A DNA stretch of 64,000 nucleotides from Perna viridis. Its lineage: Eukaryota. Numbering within the stretch: the first letter of the stretch is position 1; every line of letters begins with the position of its first letter. The notes under the pieces were generated by a model. That model made no database searches, was not told the DNA's origin, and worked only from the letters and a program-made list of their open reading frames with translations. Location of the stretch: contig CM074517.1 of the NCBI GenBank assembly GCA_037379345.1, forward strand, positions 10,788,001 through 10,852,000. The letters are read 5' to 3'. This document shows positions 62,981-64,000 of the stretch, piece by piece. The translations under genes were made by a program, and so were the position numbers.

Positions 62981-64000
62981 TTTACCGGTATATACTGAAA
63001 GTCTGAAACACCACTTAGTCACAGTTCCATATTTGCAAACAATAAACTACCTGAGGCATCTGTCCAGTCTGGTGGTGTCTAAAAGATATATTGATATTAT
63101 AAATTGTACACAGTATATAAAACAAGTAAGAATGCGACCATCAGTTCAGCTTTCAATAACAGCATCCATGTGCTACAGGTGAGACATATCTTTGTGATTA
63201 CAAAATATTGAAAAGATTACTTTGAAAGTATTGTTATTTGTGGGATACCAATTTTTGTGGATTTCATGGGTTTGGTATACCATGAAATTTGGATCCTAAC
63301 GAAAAGAAAATATTTAATTCATTTGTATGAAAAAGTTGTCAAATCCACAAATTCAAGAAACCATGAACTGATTGTTTTCCCCTAAACCATGAAAATTAGT
63401 ACCCATGAAATAAAGTACTTGCACAGTAAATGAATTTGGTTATTGGCTGTGTTTATGATTTTATTTGTTCAGGGATAAATTATACAGTAATGTAGTAATA
63501 TAACATATTGGGTTAGTGCCTGTGTTGTTTCTTTGTCAGGTTAATATGATATATGAAATTTCAGTTCAGTGATTATCTCCCTTGGGTTTGTGTGTTTGCT
63601 TTTTTCAATATGTTGAAAACCATTAAAATTTGTTTAGCTTTTAAGTTCATCACTGGGTAAAATTTTAAAAAGATGTAATCTAGAATAAAATCAGTAGATA
63701 TATAATTTCACAACACCCATTTTTTGTGCAAGACATGTCACTAGAAGAAACCATACTTATATTTTCATTATAAAAAATCTGGTCAGATTAAGAATTTGTG
63801 TCAATTCAAATCAATCCTATAAAGTTTCAAATATTTGTTGAATTTGGTATTGACATTGTCAGTACTAACTGAATTATGTAATAGGTTATTGGGATGAAAG
63901 TATGGTAAAATTTACGATGTATGACAATTCTCCCAAAATTGGTTCCTCTCCAGTATCAACTTTCTGTAAATCTTGTATAGATAACCTGCTTTCTTCTTCA

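Noticed and set aside
59105-64000. Further AARSD1 exons
   Set aside because: No phase-2 exon with the expected continuation was recognised. The gene probably continues beyond the window.

Overview
AT-rich, intron-containing animal genomic DNA. The repeat families suggest a bivalve, most likely a mytilid mussel (inference). I reconstructed three spliced host genes by hand from GT-AG junctions with consistent reading phase. (1) MPPED1/2-like metallophosphoesterase, minus strand, 5 coding exons, 547-8345, about 372 aa. (2) MBD5-like gene (MBD + PWWP), minus strand, 6 coding exons, 21445-35993, about 2126 aa, including a 4.3-kb exon. (3) AARSD1/AlaX alanyl-tRNA editing gene, plus strand, 8 exons visible, 46691-59104, 3' end not found in the window, with an 18-nt microexon. 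A complete hAT DNA transposon (2780-6398; 15-bp TIRs, perfect 8-bp TSD, spliced transposase) lies in an MPPED intron. The rest is a mosaic of MITEs, Helentron-like elements with internal satellites, CR1/L2 and Penelope-like fragments, and minisatellites. The most notable non-genic signals are an apparently intact type I hammerhead ribozyme (15331-15374) in a retrozyme-sized repeat, a 41-bp inverted-repeat element carrying a captured LINE fragment, tiny hairpin MITEs with 9-bp TSDs, and strong enrichment of TACATGTA, a Tc1-type excision footprint. No prokaryotic-type system, CRISPR, rRNA or tRNA was seen.
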